Assembly: GCA_951406725.2 (NCBI GenBank)
Contig: OX597836.1
Coordinates: forward strand, 18,414,001 to 18,478,000
DNA length: 64,000 nt
Source: Octopus vulgaris
Lineage: Eukaryota
Reading direction: 5' to 3'
The notes under the pieces were generated by a model. It was not told where the DNA came from. It ran no database searches and worked only from the letters and a program-made list of their open reading frames with translations. Shown in pieces: positions 15,755 to 28,802 of this stretch (positions within the stretch are counted from its first letter, which is position 1; the number at the start of each line of letters is the position of its first letter). Position numbers and translations under genes: made by a program.

Positions 15755-16980
15755 CTAAGTGTCTGGTGATCTACTTTTAAATTCTGACAGGATGTATTTT
15801 ATGAAATGTGGACATAAAAAAAAATCCCGTTCCTCGAATTTATGAATTCGTTGGAGGTTTTCATGTGTTTTAATAGATACATCTTTTCCAAGCGAACACC
15901 CTGAGCATTTTTTAAACCAGTTAATACAGGGTTTGGATTTAGAGAGGATTCTCCATTTCATATCGAAATTGGTCCCGTCGTCTTTAAGTTTCCCGATTAA
16001 AGCCGAAAGGCTTGTTGTGTGTCCCTTATCAGGGTGCCTTAAATTCCAAAGATGGTTGTTGTATAATTGTCCCACTGCTCCTTTTCCCTTCGGCTCTACT
16101 TCCCTCTGCTTCTCTGCCCCTCTGCCCCTCGGCCCCTCTACTCCATTGCAAGTTTCCGCAGACTTTTGGTGACAGATTGAGCATTCTAAGGCTGAGACAC
16201 GAGGCATGGGAATCACATTTAACTCTTATTCATTCAGATTTGCGTCATTATTTCTGCTGTCACTTCTAAATTAACTATTAGCTGTTGCACAACTGGATTG
16301 CCACCATGTAATTTAACTCCTATTATCTCCTGAGTCCATTTGAATGCTGAAATATAGCCGCCATTAATTTCATTATTAATTTCATTTGTTTTGGCTTCTC
16401 CGATTTGTTTCTTCAGTAACGCCGATCGTTATGTAGTCGTTACCTTTATTTAAGGATATATTTCACTGCTTGACCGTTACATATGCGTCTATGTTGCAAT
16501 AGCTGTTGTATTTATCACTGAAATATGCCAAAATCCACTGCTACTGACCCACTGACCAAATCTAAAAATAACTTTTGGGGACTTTGAACCTATATCCCGA
16601 CATCTAAAATATATGGAGAGATGCCTAACACTCGGTCCGGGGTTTTTTGTTTTCAGGAAGTCATGTGGATAAGGATTTTCGCATTTGGCAGCAATCATGC
16701 GAAATTCATTAGGGTAATCCTTTCACACGAACCATGTAGGATATTTTACGCTACATTATGGTATAAATAGTCTTAGCTATGTTTCTTGATTCCATAATTC
16801 TGCAGATACAACTTATAATTATTTTTAATAATGTTGGCAGAATCGTTATTAGCTATAACGATTACTTTGCTACTTGTTCCGTGATCTTATTACACGTGAA
16901 AGTAATAAAGGGAAACTTCCCAACTTCTGTACGTTTATCATGGAGTCTTGAGGAAACATTGACATTCATCCATCATAGGT
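15755..16980 (-). mobile_element. Penelope-like element relic, GIY-YIG endonuclease C-terminal part
   Basis: YNNH...TTSLSALIGKLKDDGTNFDMKWRILSKSKPC...CSGC...CPH..KYIL resembles the PLE endonuclease C-terminus (RYxNH...TxLSxxIWxLK...IxWxIL...CxLC...CxH). The boundary beyond about 16250 is uncertain. Confidence 0.7.
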
Positions 16981-16984
16981 AAAA

Positions 16985-17236
16985 AAAATACCATCACCTT
17001 GCCCATTCCCACAATAGTAGTACCATCTGTCCATTCACACAACAGTGGTATCACCTTATCCGTTTCCACAAAAGTGGTACAATCTGTTCCTTTCCACAAC
17101 AAATGGTACAACTTTTTCTATTCCCACGACAAATGGTACCACTTTGACCATTCCCACAGTAGTATTAACAGTGGTACCATCTGTTCCTTTCTACAACAGT
17201 GATTCTGCCTTGTCCTTACGAGAAAACAAATTAAAT
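16985..17236 (+). repeat. Near-identical duplicate of about 19905-20157
   Basis: Same order of variant units plus the same unique 3' flank (GCCTTGTCCTTACGAGAA.ACAAATTAAAT). Confidence 0.88.
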
Positions 17237-17339
17237 TGAAGGGTCATGGCACTTCTGTTATGATTATTCACTGTTTGTCAGTCTAGAGAATGAAAAAATG
17301 GTTTGATATTCTCGTTTGATATTTTTATGTTTTGGGTTT

Positions 17340-17870
17340 TTATCCAATGAAAACTTAGAATAACTAAAAAACATATCACAATAATGAACTGGATTCTAGA
17401 ATTACAGGTGCTGGCACAGTAATGTGCCGCAGCTCCAGCATGTAAGCCTCAGAAGAGATTGAGGGCATAATAGCTAGCTACCTTCAATTTCGTCTATGTA
17501 CTTATTCTCGCTCATGGTCATGAATGCTGGGTAATATCCAAAAGCGTACGATCGCAAATAGAAGCGGCCTAAGTGGAGTCCCTCCACAGGACCGCTAAAA
17601 TAAACGTTACTCGACAGGATATGTAACTCAGAGACAAATATGGTCTTTCCGGGTTGAGCCGCTATCTCTTCGCATTGCGCGGCCACAGCTCGGGTATTGC
17701 AGATATGTGGTTCTTCAAGCCAAGCCAACCAGCAGAAAACCTAGGATAGACTAAGAAAAATATGGTTGGAGAATATCCAGTTTCACATGCAAAGTGTAAT
17801 GACTGTTACTTCTGACAGCACCCTATGGGTAAGGTGCCTGAAAACTTTACTCAACCACGACCCACCTATG
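17340..17870 (+). mobile_element. RTE-clade LINE ORF C-terminal relic
   Basis: Broken frames read ELDSRITGAGTVM, LAHGHECWVISKSVRSQIEAA, TLLDRICNSE, RVEPLSLRIARPQL, WLENI, typical of RTE (Expander/Rex3-like) ORF ends. Confidence 0.7.
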
Positions 17871-17978
17871 AGAAGACGGATGGATAAAGGGAATAATATT
17901 CTTGATTTAAACGGCTCGATTAGGGAAGATAATGGACATCATGATACCGTAGCACAGGCCGATCTTTGTGATTATGCT

Positions 17979-18390
17979 TTACTCTTTTACTCTTTTACTT
18001 GTTTCAGTCATTTGACTGCGGCCATGCTGGAGCACCGCCTTTTAATCGAGCAAATCGACCCCGGGACTTATTCTTTTGTAAGCCCAGTACTTATTGTATC
18101 GGTCTCTTTTGCCGAGACGCTAAGTAACGGGGACATAAACACACCAGCATCGGTTGTCAAGCAATGCTAGGGGGACAAACACAGACACACAAACACACGC
18201 ACGCATATATACATGTACATATATACGACGGGCTTCTTTCAGTTTCCATCTACCAAATCCACTCACAAGGCTTTGGTCGGCCCGAGGCTATAGTAGAAGA
18301 CACTTGCCCAAGGTGCCACGCAGTGGGACTGAACCCGGAACCATGTGGTTGGTAAACAATCTACTTACCACACAGCCGCTCCTGCGCCTA
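17979..18390 (-). mobile_element. SINE family A, full length
   Basis: Reverse complement of the 25890-26297 consensus. Confidence 0.88.
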
Positions 18391-18704
18391 TGTGCAATTT
18401 TCCTATTTTTTCCTAAAATATTTCATGTTAAGCCAACTTGCTATGATTTATCTTTGAACGTCAATGATTGCAGAAATTGCAAGAGGGCATTATTTGGATT
18501 GAAATATATCCTGTGATAAACGATTCCGTTAAAGGTAAAGCGATAACATGTTCCACTTGTGCTGACTCCAAGTTATTATTTTAGCATAATCAGAGCGCAA
18601 TAAGCTTCTCTTGTTGGTTAATTCTATTTTCTGCTAACAAACGGGGGAACATGTTGATGTGCAGAAAAGACTATCCAAATATCAATTGCTATTATTATTA
18701 TTAC

Positions 18705-18806
<102 letters not shown>

Positions 18807-18892
18807 CATTATCATCAGTATCATTATTATTATAATTATCATCATCATTATCATTATTATTATTATTATTACCATTATCATCATCATCATCA

Positions 18893-18971
<79 letters not shown>

Positions 18972-19006
18972 TATTATTATTATTGTTATTATTATTATTA
19001 TTATTA

Positions 19007-19061
<55 letters not shown>

Positions 19062-19111
19062 CATTATTATTATTATTATCATTATTATTATCTTCATTAT
19101 TATTATCATTA

Positions 19112-19160
<49 letters not shown>

Positions 19161-19544
19161 TATTTTCATCATCATCATCGCCATCATCATCGTGATATAG
19201 AGCAACAAACCAGTCATCTCTTCACATTATTGCCTGAGATAATCCCAAGCTGCCTCTTGTATTATCTTCCTTATGTGAATCCATTGATCTTGATATAACA
19301 CATCATAAATATATATGCTACTCAAGTGTATTCCTGATTTTTCGGAGCAAAGTTATTGCGAATTTAATCGATGACTATAAGATTTATGGTTATACATACC
19401 TGTTGTATTTGAAATGTTATATTTTGTGCTTGTTACAGGTAACGAATTAAATGCTGAAGCAGGGCTATAACCCTCAATCTGTGGTCCAAAATTATTGCCC
19501 ATAGTTAAACCTTCTTTCAACTTTAAGGGTGGCTGTTAAACTGG

Positions 19545-20157
19545 TGATGGTACCAGCTATCTATTCCCTAAATAGTGGTACAATCTGACTGTAACCACAA
19601 AAGTGTTACCACCTTGTCCATTTCCATAATAGTTGTACCACGTGAGCATACAACAGTGGACCCACCTGTCCAGTAGTAGCGCATTGTTCATTACCATAAC
19701 AGTGGCATCACCTGTTATTCCCACAAGGATATCATCTGTATATTCTCACAATTGTGGTAATCATCTCTCCTTTCTCACAACAGTTGTAAACCATGACATT
19801 TCTGACAACAGTGATACCAACTAACCCTTCTCAAACCAGTTGTACAATCTGACCCTTCTCACGACAGTAGTAACCCGCATTTGTACCCTCTGCCCATTCC
19901 CACAAAAAATACCATCACTTTGCCCATTCCCACATTAGTAGTACCATCTGTCCATTCACACAACAGTGGTATCACCTTATCCGTTTCCACAAAAGTGGTA
20001 CCATCTGTTCCTTCCCACAACAAATGGTACCACTTTTTCTATTCCCACGACAAATGGTACCACTTTGACCATTCCCACAATAGTATTAACAGTGGTACCA
20101 TCTGTTCCTTTCTACAACAGTGATTCTGCCTTGTCCTTACGAGAAGACAAATTAAAT
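19545..20157 (+). repeat. Degenerate ~30-bp minisatellite (CCATTCCCACAACAGTGGTACCATCTGT-like)
   Basis: Recurrent CACAACAGTGGTACCA motif at about 30-bp spacing. Confidence 0.8.
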
Positions 20158-20426
20158 AGAAGTTTTATATATATATATATATATATATATTAATCATACC
20201 ATTGTAATTTGTATTTAACAGATGCCTGCCAATGTGCTAATAAAAGCCCCTATACTACTTGTAGCAACAAGTAGTATATTATTTCCAGTCTCCATGCATG
20301 CGGTACTCCACGTAGTCTATGATAAATATGTTAATAACGAGAAATATTTCACGGATGAAGCTTATATTTTTATTAATGCGTTATCATATGTTTCGACCAA
20401 GACAGTCCTAAGAAAATTAATGTAAA

Positions 20427-20564
20427 ATTGCCTGAGGAAGTATGCATGTCATATGGACTCCCCAAGGGTCCATAGAGATTATAAATAATATTTAATAATA
20501 TCCTTATGGATTTGGTGAGGTAGTACCATAAAAATACATCTCATGCCGAAATATATGTAGCAAT
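20427..20564 (+). ncRNA. Hammerhead-like motif with long stem II insertion
   Basis: ATTGC-CTGAGGA-AGTATG...CATGCC-GAAA-TATATG-TA-GCAAT; perfect 5-bp stem I. Confidence 0.6.
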
Positions 20565-20794
20565 GCTTTAATAAAAATATAAAAACTCCATCCATGCGAT
20601 GTGTCTCACGGCGAACTTGACAGAATTGTTGGTACGCCGGGCACAGTGATTACTGTCCGTTTTCACATTCTGAGTTCAAATTCTGCCGGGGCCGACTTTG
20701 TCTTTCATCCTTGCAGAGTCGATAAAATAAGTACCAGTTGACCACTGGGGTCAAATATGTACTATACTAAAAAGTATTGGGTAATAATTTTTTT

Positions 20795-21173
20795 TTCCCA
20801 AAGTCCATCCCCTCCTCACCGTGGTGGGGACGATGGCAACGGGTAGTGTCAGAGCTATGCCATCGGGAACTTCGGTTCCTGGTAGGGCTACCCAAGGCGG
20901 ATTGGTCTGACACCGAGTGGCATTAGGGCCACAACTCAGCAGACGGGGCTCTGGTGAAAATCCTCGGAGTGTCTGTTTCGGCAACCGGCAGCTTCTCGGT
21001 CGTTCTGTCCCTGCGTCTGCGGACAATCTGCGGCAAACAGGATGTCTCTACATGCGGGATTGTTGGGGGACCGCTTGTGAAATCCACATATTCCCACGAA
21101 ACGTCTTCCAAGTAGAAGAAGCCGACTCAACCGGCCCAGGGTGAATGTCGCCACAAGTACAAGTAAGTAAGTA
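20795..21173 (+). mobile_element. Non-autonomous bipartite RTE-derived element (RTE-like 5' UTR plus 3' end, (AAGT)n tail)
   Basis: GC-rich island. GAGCTATGCC...AGGGCTACCCAAGGCGGA resembles the conserved RTE/BovB 5' UTR block as I recall it; ends CACAAGTACAAGTAAGTAAGTA. Confidence 0.55.
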
Positions 21174-21176
21174 CTG

Positions 21177-21257
<81 letters not shown>

Positions 21258-21270
21258 CTTATCATCATCA

Positions 21271-21346
<76 letters not shown>

Positions 21347-21351
21347 CATCA

Positions 21352-21409
<58 letters not shown>

Positions 21410-21418
21410 TTATCATCA

Positions 21419-21479
<61 letters not shown>

Positions 21480-21497
21480 CATTATTATTCATTATCA

Positions 21498-21540
<43 letters not shown>

Positions 21541-21545
21541 CATCA

Positions 21546-21579
<34 letters not shown>

Positions 21580-21586
21580 CATTATC

Positions 21587-21621
<35 letters not shown>

Positions 21622-23289
21622 CATCATCATCATCATCATTATTGGGGTCGATGTACTCGACTTGTCTCCTCCCCCAAATTTCAGGCCTTGTGCCTATAGT
21701 AGAAAGGATTAATATATGTTATATATGTTCCGTTGAATTATTTGTATTTCATTCCTTTAGGCATAACTTTGTATCTCTTTTTCAACCTTTGGTATCCATC
21801 TTCCCAATATGATTATACTGCATTCTGACTTCTCCAAATTCGTCAATTGCTATAAATTCTACAACAATCTCCATAACTTTTCAATTTCTAACAGGAACGG
21901 TCATATACAGTTGTGTCTTCTAAGATCCAGTTACTTTCAAATTCTTCATATTCTTCGGTCTCAGGATTTTTTTTTATTTCGTTTCTCCTGGAATTTCTTG
22001 TGTCCTTTTATTGTCTATTCTTCGTCTTCGAATTTCGCGATTTTGTTCTCTTTACTACGATGTGAATAACATACAAAAGATTCGCTCACTTTCCGGTATT
22101 CGAATTCTCTTGCCATCAATTAACATTGTTGCATTCATTGATATTGTCATCGTTATACGGCTTTTGATGCTCTTAAATTTAAACTGCAGTAACACGCTGT
22201 TTACAGAACCAAGAAATAAATATAAATGATAAACCAGGAAGATGAAAGCTGATGCTCAAAAAAGTGAAGCAATAAATCTTAAAATATAGGTTTTGTCAAA
22301 TAAAAACGTTCGTTCTTTTGTTGTTGCTCCCCGCCTACTTTGTACGCCAACGCCATATGTTTGAAAAAAGTTAAAATTTATTCACATTTGAAAAACGATA
22401 AATAAAATTTGTAAAGGAAGACCAAACCAACGAAAAACCGAAAGACTCTCCGGAAAAAATATTTTTGATGTTAATTCAAATAGTATTGGAAAGGATTAAA
22501 ATATATTTAGAAAAGCCAAAAAGCAAAACGAGCCATGCTGGAGCACCACCTTCAAGAGTTTCAGTAGAGCGAATCGACTCCAGCACTTATTTTTATAAAG
22601 CCCTGTACTTATTCCATTGGTCTCCTTCGCCAAAATGCTAAGTTACGGTGACGTAGACGCACCAGCACCGGTATTTTGTCTGCCGATACGTTCTGAGCTC
22701 AAATTCCGCCGAGGTCGAATTTGTCTTTCATATTTTCAGGGTTGATAAATTAAGTACCAGTTGAACACTGGTGTCGATGTAATCGATACATCGCCTCCCC
22801 AAAATGGTGGCTCTTGTGGCAAAATTTGAAACCATTATTATATTCATCCTACATTATATCGGTACAGCTCGATGCAACTTCGAAAAACTGGTTCACAAGT
22901 CAGTATCATTAGACTGTGGCCGAAATAAAATAGGAGTTTTATTTGCATATTCAAAACGTTTCCCATAAACAAATTTAAAAGATATATATATATATATCGG
23001 ATGTATCAGCAAAATTGTCCTGCTTACAAATTCTAAAAATTTCTTAAAACCAATTTACAAATCAATTTGCAATTTTCCATTTTTCCAGATAAAACATCTG
23101 GCCATACTGTCACCAGGTTTTTGTAAGAATCAGTGAAGTACCCATTGAGATATTTAGTTATAAATCGTTTTGTGTCAGCCTCACCATGTCCTCCCAAGTG
23201 AGCAATGTTGAGAGGGCTAAGATCATCAAGGCCTTCAGTAATACTGCCAACATTCGTTCCCTGGATTCCACCTTCAAAAAAGAAACAAA

Positions 23290-23600
23290 CCAATAGAATT
23301 GTGAATAAGTTTGAGAAATAGGAAATGATGGAAAGGAAAACTGGATCAGGAAGTCATAACTGCAAGAGGAATTATCATTTCAATCTGGAACTGAAGAGAT
23401 CCAACTCAGGCTATGAGTTCCAAGAGCAATGACAGACGACTTGAAAGTAAAATCGTACTCAGACCTGTGAGGCAACTTGTTACTCAAGAACAAAAGTTTA
23501 GAAGATTAGAGAGGGTAAAGATCATCTTTAACAAAGTGATACATAATCCTGAAGTGGTTTTTTACACAGAAGAGCTACGATGCATTCTCGTCGGCTATTA
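23290..23600 (+). mobile_element. Possible Tc1/mariner N-terminal relic
   Basis: ERKTGSGSHN...LKRDPT resembles the RxxGSG linker between transposase HTH domains; heavily degraded. Confidence 0.35.
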
Positions 23601-23742
23601 TGACAATAGGCGCTCTTAGCTCCGGCATTTGAGACTCTGAGTCCTATCATGACAACTCAGTGATTGTACTAAACTATACATATATAAATTCCTCTATTTA
23701 CCTAATATCGAGGTCTCATTCTTTTGTTGTCATTTTAGTATT

Positions 23743-23880
<138 letters not shown>

Positions 23881-23892
23881 ATATATATATGT

Positions 23893-23939
<47 letters not shown>

Positions 23940-24776
23940 CATGCATACATATATATATATATTTATGTATGTATATATATGTGTGTGTGAGTGTGTGTGT
24001 GTGCGCGCGCTCAATGGGCGTCTTTCAATTTCCGTTTACAAGGTTTTGGCCAGATGAGGCTATAGTGGAAGACACTTGCCCAAGATGCCAGGCAGTGGAA
24101 CTGAGCCCAGAACCGTGTAATAGGGAAGCAGACTTCTTACCATCACAGTCACGCCTGCGCCAATTATCTGACACCCAAATTGCACGTTTGAAATTATGGA
24201 ATGCATTCTTTGTTGTAACTGTAGATTCCATTGGAATCATATAACTAAATATTTATAAACGTCAGCATCAACTACACTTAGCAAATATATGCACTGCATA
24301 AATGAAGACATTCGTTAATTGATGTTAATGATTCAAAGAGAAAATTAAAAACGAATAAACATATATATATATATATAGACGAATAACTGAATGAATAAGG
24401 AAAACTAAACTTTGAACTAGAAACTATATAAATGGAAACGGAAGGTATGGAATTATATAGAACGTTAAGAACGCAAATGATATAATTGCAATGAATCGTA
24501 TATCACTAAAATCTTTTTAAAACGGTTATATTACCGACAATGGAAAAATGTCAGCAAATTGCAAATATGGTGATAATGAAGCATGCGTTATTTGAAGAAT
24601 ATATTAACTGTGTAGCTATGTAAACATAATATATATATATGTGTGTGTGCGTGTGTGTGTATGTGTGTGTGTGTGCGCGCGTGTGTGTATACATATATAT
24701 ATACACTTTCTCTCCTCACACACAAACATTTAAAAATGCACACGCGGACGCACACACACACATATGTATACATATG

Positions 24777-24865
<89 letters not shown>

Positions 24866-24953
24866 TTTCTCTCCTCACACACAAAAATGCAAAAATGCAC
24901 GCGCGCACGTACACACAAACATATGTATATATATATATATATATGTGTGTGTG

Positions 24954-25031
<78 letters not shown>

Positions 25032-25040
25032 GTATGTATG

Positions 25041-25121
<81 letters not shown>

Positions 25122-25889
25122 AAGTTATTTTATTCCACAAGGTTAGAAATATAGAAAACATGAGTTGAAATTGCACGAGCAGTCGTTTTTGATGGTCTCT
25201 TTTTAAAGACTTACCCGATTTCACAGATCTTACTGATTTTGAAAACTTACATGAAATAGAAAACGTGGGGTTATATCGCAACTGCTTAGCTTCTAAATGG
25301 AGTTCAAAAACTCTCCTTTTGGGGGGCGGGGGTATGAAGAAAACATGGCTCAAATTAGTATCTGTTTAGGATACAATTTGCACGATTAGACTTGAGGTCT
25401 TTTTTTAAGTTCCCTGCTACGCCTGTGCGTTAATATTATGTGACAATAGTTTTTGAGCCGTAAGTTAAGGCTAATACTGTTGAGTGAACGTCTCTAGTGA
25501 CAGTCTCAAACAATCAAGGCTCTCTGATGAGCAGAAGTTGTTTGCATGCAGTTCACTGACAGAAAGGATATGAGTTCTGTGTATGTTACTTGGGCATAAA
25601 ATTTTGTTCTGCTCTAAATTGCTATGTTGGTGTCATGCGAGAAAAAAGTCGTGATTGTGCCCAACGTTCAGGTTGTTGGTTGTGTAAATTCAACATATTA
25701 AGCGGCATAATGAGTTTGTCTGTGAGTAGCTGTTAGTGAATGTACTTTGTTGAAATTTATTCATTTGTGGTTGGTTTGTATTTTTGTATGAATGTATCCT
25801 CTTTGCTTCTTCGTATTAGATTTGTGGTATAGACAGAACAAAAAAATAAAGTGGGAAGACTTGGAATTTGGGGACTTATATTTTGTACA

Positions 25890-26297
25890 TAGGCGCAGGA
25901 GTGGCTGTGTGGTAAGTAGCTTGCTAACCAACCACATGGTTCCGGGTTCAGTCCCACTGCGTGGCATCTTGGGCAAGTTTCTTCTGCTGTAGCCTCGGGC
26001 CGATCAAAGCCTTGTGAGTGGATTTGGTAGACGGAAACTGAAAGAAGCCTGTCGTATATATGTATATATATATATATGTATGTGTGTGTATATGTTTGTG
26101 TGTTTGTCCCTCTAGCATTGCTTAACAACCGATGCTGGTGTGTTTACGTCCCCGTCACTTAGTGGTTCGGCAAAAGGGACCGATAGAATAAGTACTGGGC
26201 TTACAAAGAATAAGTCCCGGGGTCGATTTGCTCGACTAAAGGTGGTGCTCCAGCATGGCCGCAGTCAAATGACTGAAACAAGTAAAAGAGTAAAAGT
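25890..26297 (+). mobile_element. SINE family A, full length (tRNA-like head, internal TA/TG microsatellite, GTAAAAGA tail)
   Basis: GGCGCAGGAGTGGCTGTGTGGTAAG...GGTTCAGTCCC...GCTCCAGCATGGCCGCAGTCAAATGACTGAAACAAGTAAAAGAG; more than 12 related copies in the window. Confidence 0.88.
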
Positions 26298-26439
26298 GTA
26301 TATGATTATGAGCCCACTGAGTGATAGCAATCTAGTACTGGAGTTTCGTATCTGTTGACGATGAATATTCTGTTTATTTCTGAGTGTATGTTTTACTGAC
26401 CTATGTAATCCTCGTTACATACTTTACGTTTAATATAAT

Positions 26440-28200
26440 ATATTGAATATTTTGACGATCAGGTAAAATGATTTTTTTATGGATATTGTCTTTCCAGTAA
26501 TATTTTTTTTAATTCCCAGAGTATTTTTTTTTAATTCCCAGAGTATTTTATTACAAGTTTTAAAAATTTGAAACAGCTGTGCAGATCCTTCTTGCTATAA
26601 TAAGGATTCATGCGTTTGACATGGCACGAGGAGAACAGCAGGTGATGTTTAAAATCTGTTGGTGTGTAGTGGATGTCTGTTTCAATTTTGTGTTTGTTCT
26701 GGTGACTAGAATATCATGAGATGATATATGAGTTTTACTGTGTTCCATGGTGAAGTTAATATTGTTTATAATGTTAAATTTATTTTTGAAATAAATAAGC
26801 TGGTCAAATGTGTGTATCCACTGAATCAGGCAGTTATCTAAGTTACGTTTCCAGTTTTCTTGTAAATATTTATTGAAGACCAAATTGTATTTTAATTTAG
26901 ATTGTTAATATATCTGGACCGCCATATGTGTCATGATTAATTTCGCATAAATCTGAGCAACTTTTGTGCCCATCTCTGATAAAACTTTTTTCAATTCTGT
27001 CTGGGTTTTCATGGGGGTTTTCTGAGCCAGAAAACTATTGGCTCTTATTCATATTGGTGTGGGATCGTGGTGTAGATGTTTTCTATATCAGATGAAACAA
27101 TAAAAGTATTTTTGCTGATGGTTTTTGGAAAATGGCTTAACAGGTCCAGATCGTCCCTTACAAGACTTGGTATACATTTTAAAGTAGGTTTCAGTAGTAT
27201 ATATATAAATTTGCTGAGTCTGTGTGTTTCATAGTTCCGACCATTCACAATTAGCCTTAATTTAAGGTTGGTGTTAATTTAAGGGGATTGTGTATGTTTA
27301 TACAGCTTGAAGTTGATTCTTTACAAGCATCCTTAATAGTTTGGTTCTTGTGGATGCTGGGAAGACCGTAGAAGTAGCTAGTTTTGCATTCAAAATGTGT
27401 CCGGTATTCACATTCTTTGTTAAATCTTTTTGTGTCGGTGAATAATTGTGTTCAGTTTTGTCATCGCCTTTGATTGCTGGTAATTGTTTAGCTTTTAATA
27501 ATAGGTCGTATCTTGTAGTACAGATAATATATATTTCTTTACTACCCACAAGGGGCTACACACAGAGGGGACAAATAAGGACAGACAAACGGATTACGTC
27601 GACCCCAATGCGTAACTGGTACTTAATTTATCGACCCCGAAAGGATGAAAGGCAAAGTCGACCTCGGTGGAATTTGAACTTAGAACGTAACGGCAGGCGA
27701 AATACAGCTACGCATTTCGCCCAGCGTGCTAACGTTTCTGCCAGCTCGCCGCCTTCAGATAGTACAGATAAATATAGCACTTTTGTAGTGTTCAACATCC
27801 CTGATAATTTCAGCACTTCCGTTCCACTGTATCATTAAATATAATGTCGTAATTGTGTTCACATGTGATTTCCCATTTTTTCGACTGGCATTAGGTGTGA
27901 ATTTAGGGTAACGTAGTTCTTTGTATGGAAAGGTGGTTATAAAACCCCAAAATTTATTTAATGCTTTATTCTTAGTTTCGTAGACTTGTAACTGCTTTTG
28001 TTTCTTACAATTGCTTCAACACACTTCTCTTGATGAAATAATTCTTCTCTACAAAATTGTGAAATACCGTTCTGTATTTCATTGGAACTAGAGTATCGTA
28101 GTGCTGAAATAATTATTAGGCCACTTGAGACAATATTAATTCCTTGTACGGAAGGTGGTTTTTTTTGTACTTTTTTATTGGTTAATTCTCTTCAGTTTCT
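26440..28200 (-). mobile_element. Penelope-like reverse transcriptase relic, interrupted by a SINE
   Basis: 27045-27248: THRLSKFIYILLKP...IPSLVRDDLDLL...IVSSDIENIYTTIPH resembles the PLE RT motif LVSFDVxSLYTNIP. 26608-26883 contains INFTMEHSKTHISSHDILV (IxFTxE...FLDI-like). Outer limits approximate. Confidence 0.7.
27533..27753 (-). mobile_element. SINE family B, full length, inserted in the Penelope relic
   Basis: Head GGCGGCGAGCTGGCAGAAACGTTAGC, B-box-like GTTCAAATTCC; TAGTACAGATAA repeated at 27516-27527 and 27760-27771. Confidence 0.85.
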
Positions 28201-28414
28201 CATCCACGGTTTGTACCATCGGATAACATGAATTATGACGGCTGGATTTAAAAAAAAAAACACGATATTTTCAAAGTTGTCCTTGTATTACTATTTACGT
28301 ATCCGTTCGTGTTTTCTATGTTATTATGCCTTCTTTTGTATTGGTTTTCTACATTTGTAGTTCTGAGTCGTGGTTGTTTCGGTCTGTAATTCATACATAC
28401 ATATAGATAAATAA

Positions 28415-28802
28415 GTGGAGGCGCAATGGCCCAGTGGTTAGGGCAGCGGACTCGCGGTCATAGGATCGCAGTTTCGATTCCCAGACCGGGCGTTGTGAGT
28501 GTTTATTGAGCGAAAACACCTAAAGCTCCACGAGGCTCCGGCAGGGGATGGTGGTGATCCCTGCTGTACTCTTTCACCACAACTTTCTCTCACTCTTACT
28601 TCCTGTTTCTCTTGTACCTGTATTTCAAAGGGCCGGCCTTGTCACGCTCTGTGTCACGCTGAATATCCCCGAGAACTACGTTAAGGGTACACGTGTCTGT
28701 GGAGTGCTCAGCCACTTACACGTTAATTTCACGAGCAGGCTGTTCCGTTGATTCGGATCAACCGGAACCCTCGTCGTCGTAACCCATGGAGTGCTTCCAT
28801 CC
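28415..28802 (+). mobile_element. Full-length tRNA(Arg-like)-derived SINE (family C) with 12-bp TSD
   Basis: Head TGGCCCAGTGGTTAGG (A box) ... GTTTCGATTCCC (B box); (TCCA) tail; ATAGATAAATAA at both 28403-28414 and 28803-28814. Confidence 0.88.

Noticed and set aside
19420-19445. TTACAG|GTAACG recursive-splice-like site; also a possible 5-nt microexon at 11937-11941
   Set aside because: Short motifs expected by chance, with no evidence of a host transcript here.
19545-20157. CRISPR-like periodicity
   Set aside because: Contiguous degenerate tandem units with no unique spacers and no cas genes, in a eukaryotic context.
25526-25580. CTGATGAG...GAAAG hammerhead-like match
   Set aside because: No supporting stem II, stem III or cleavage triplet geometry.
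28415-28490. tRNA-like sequence (also at 6854-6920)
   Set aside because: These are SINE heads: no proper acceptor stem, continuing into a SINE body, with a TSD in the 28415 copy.
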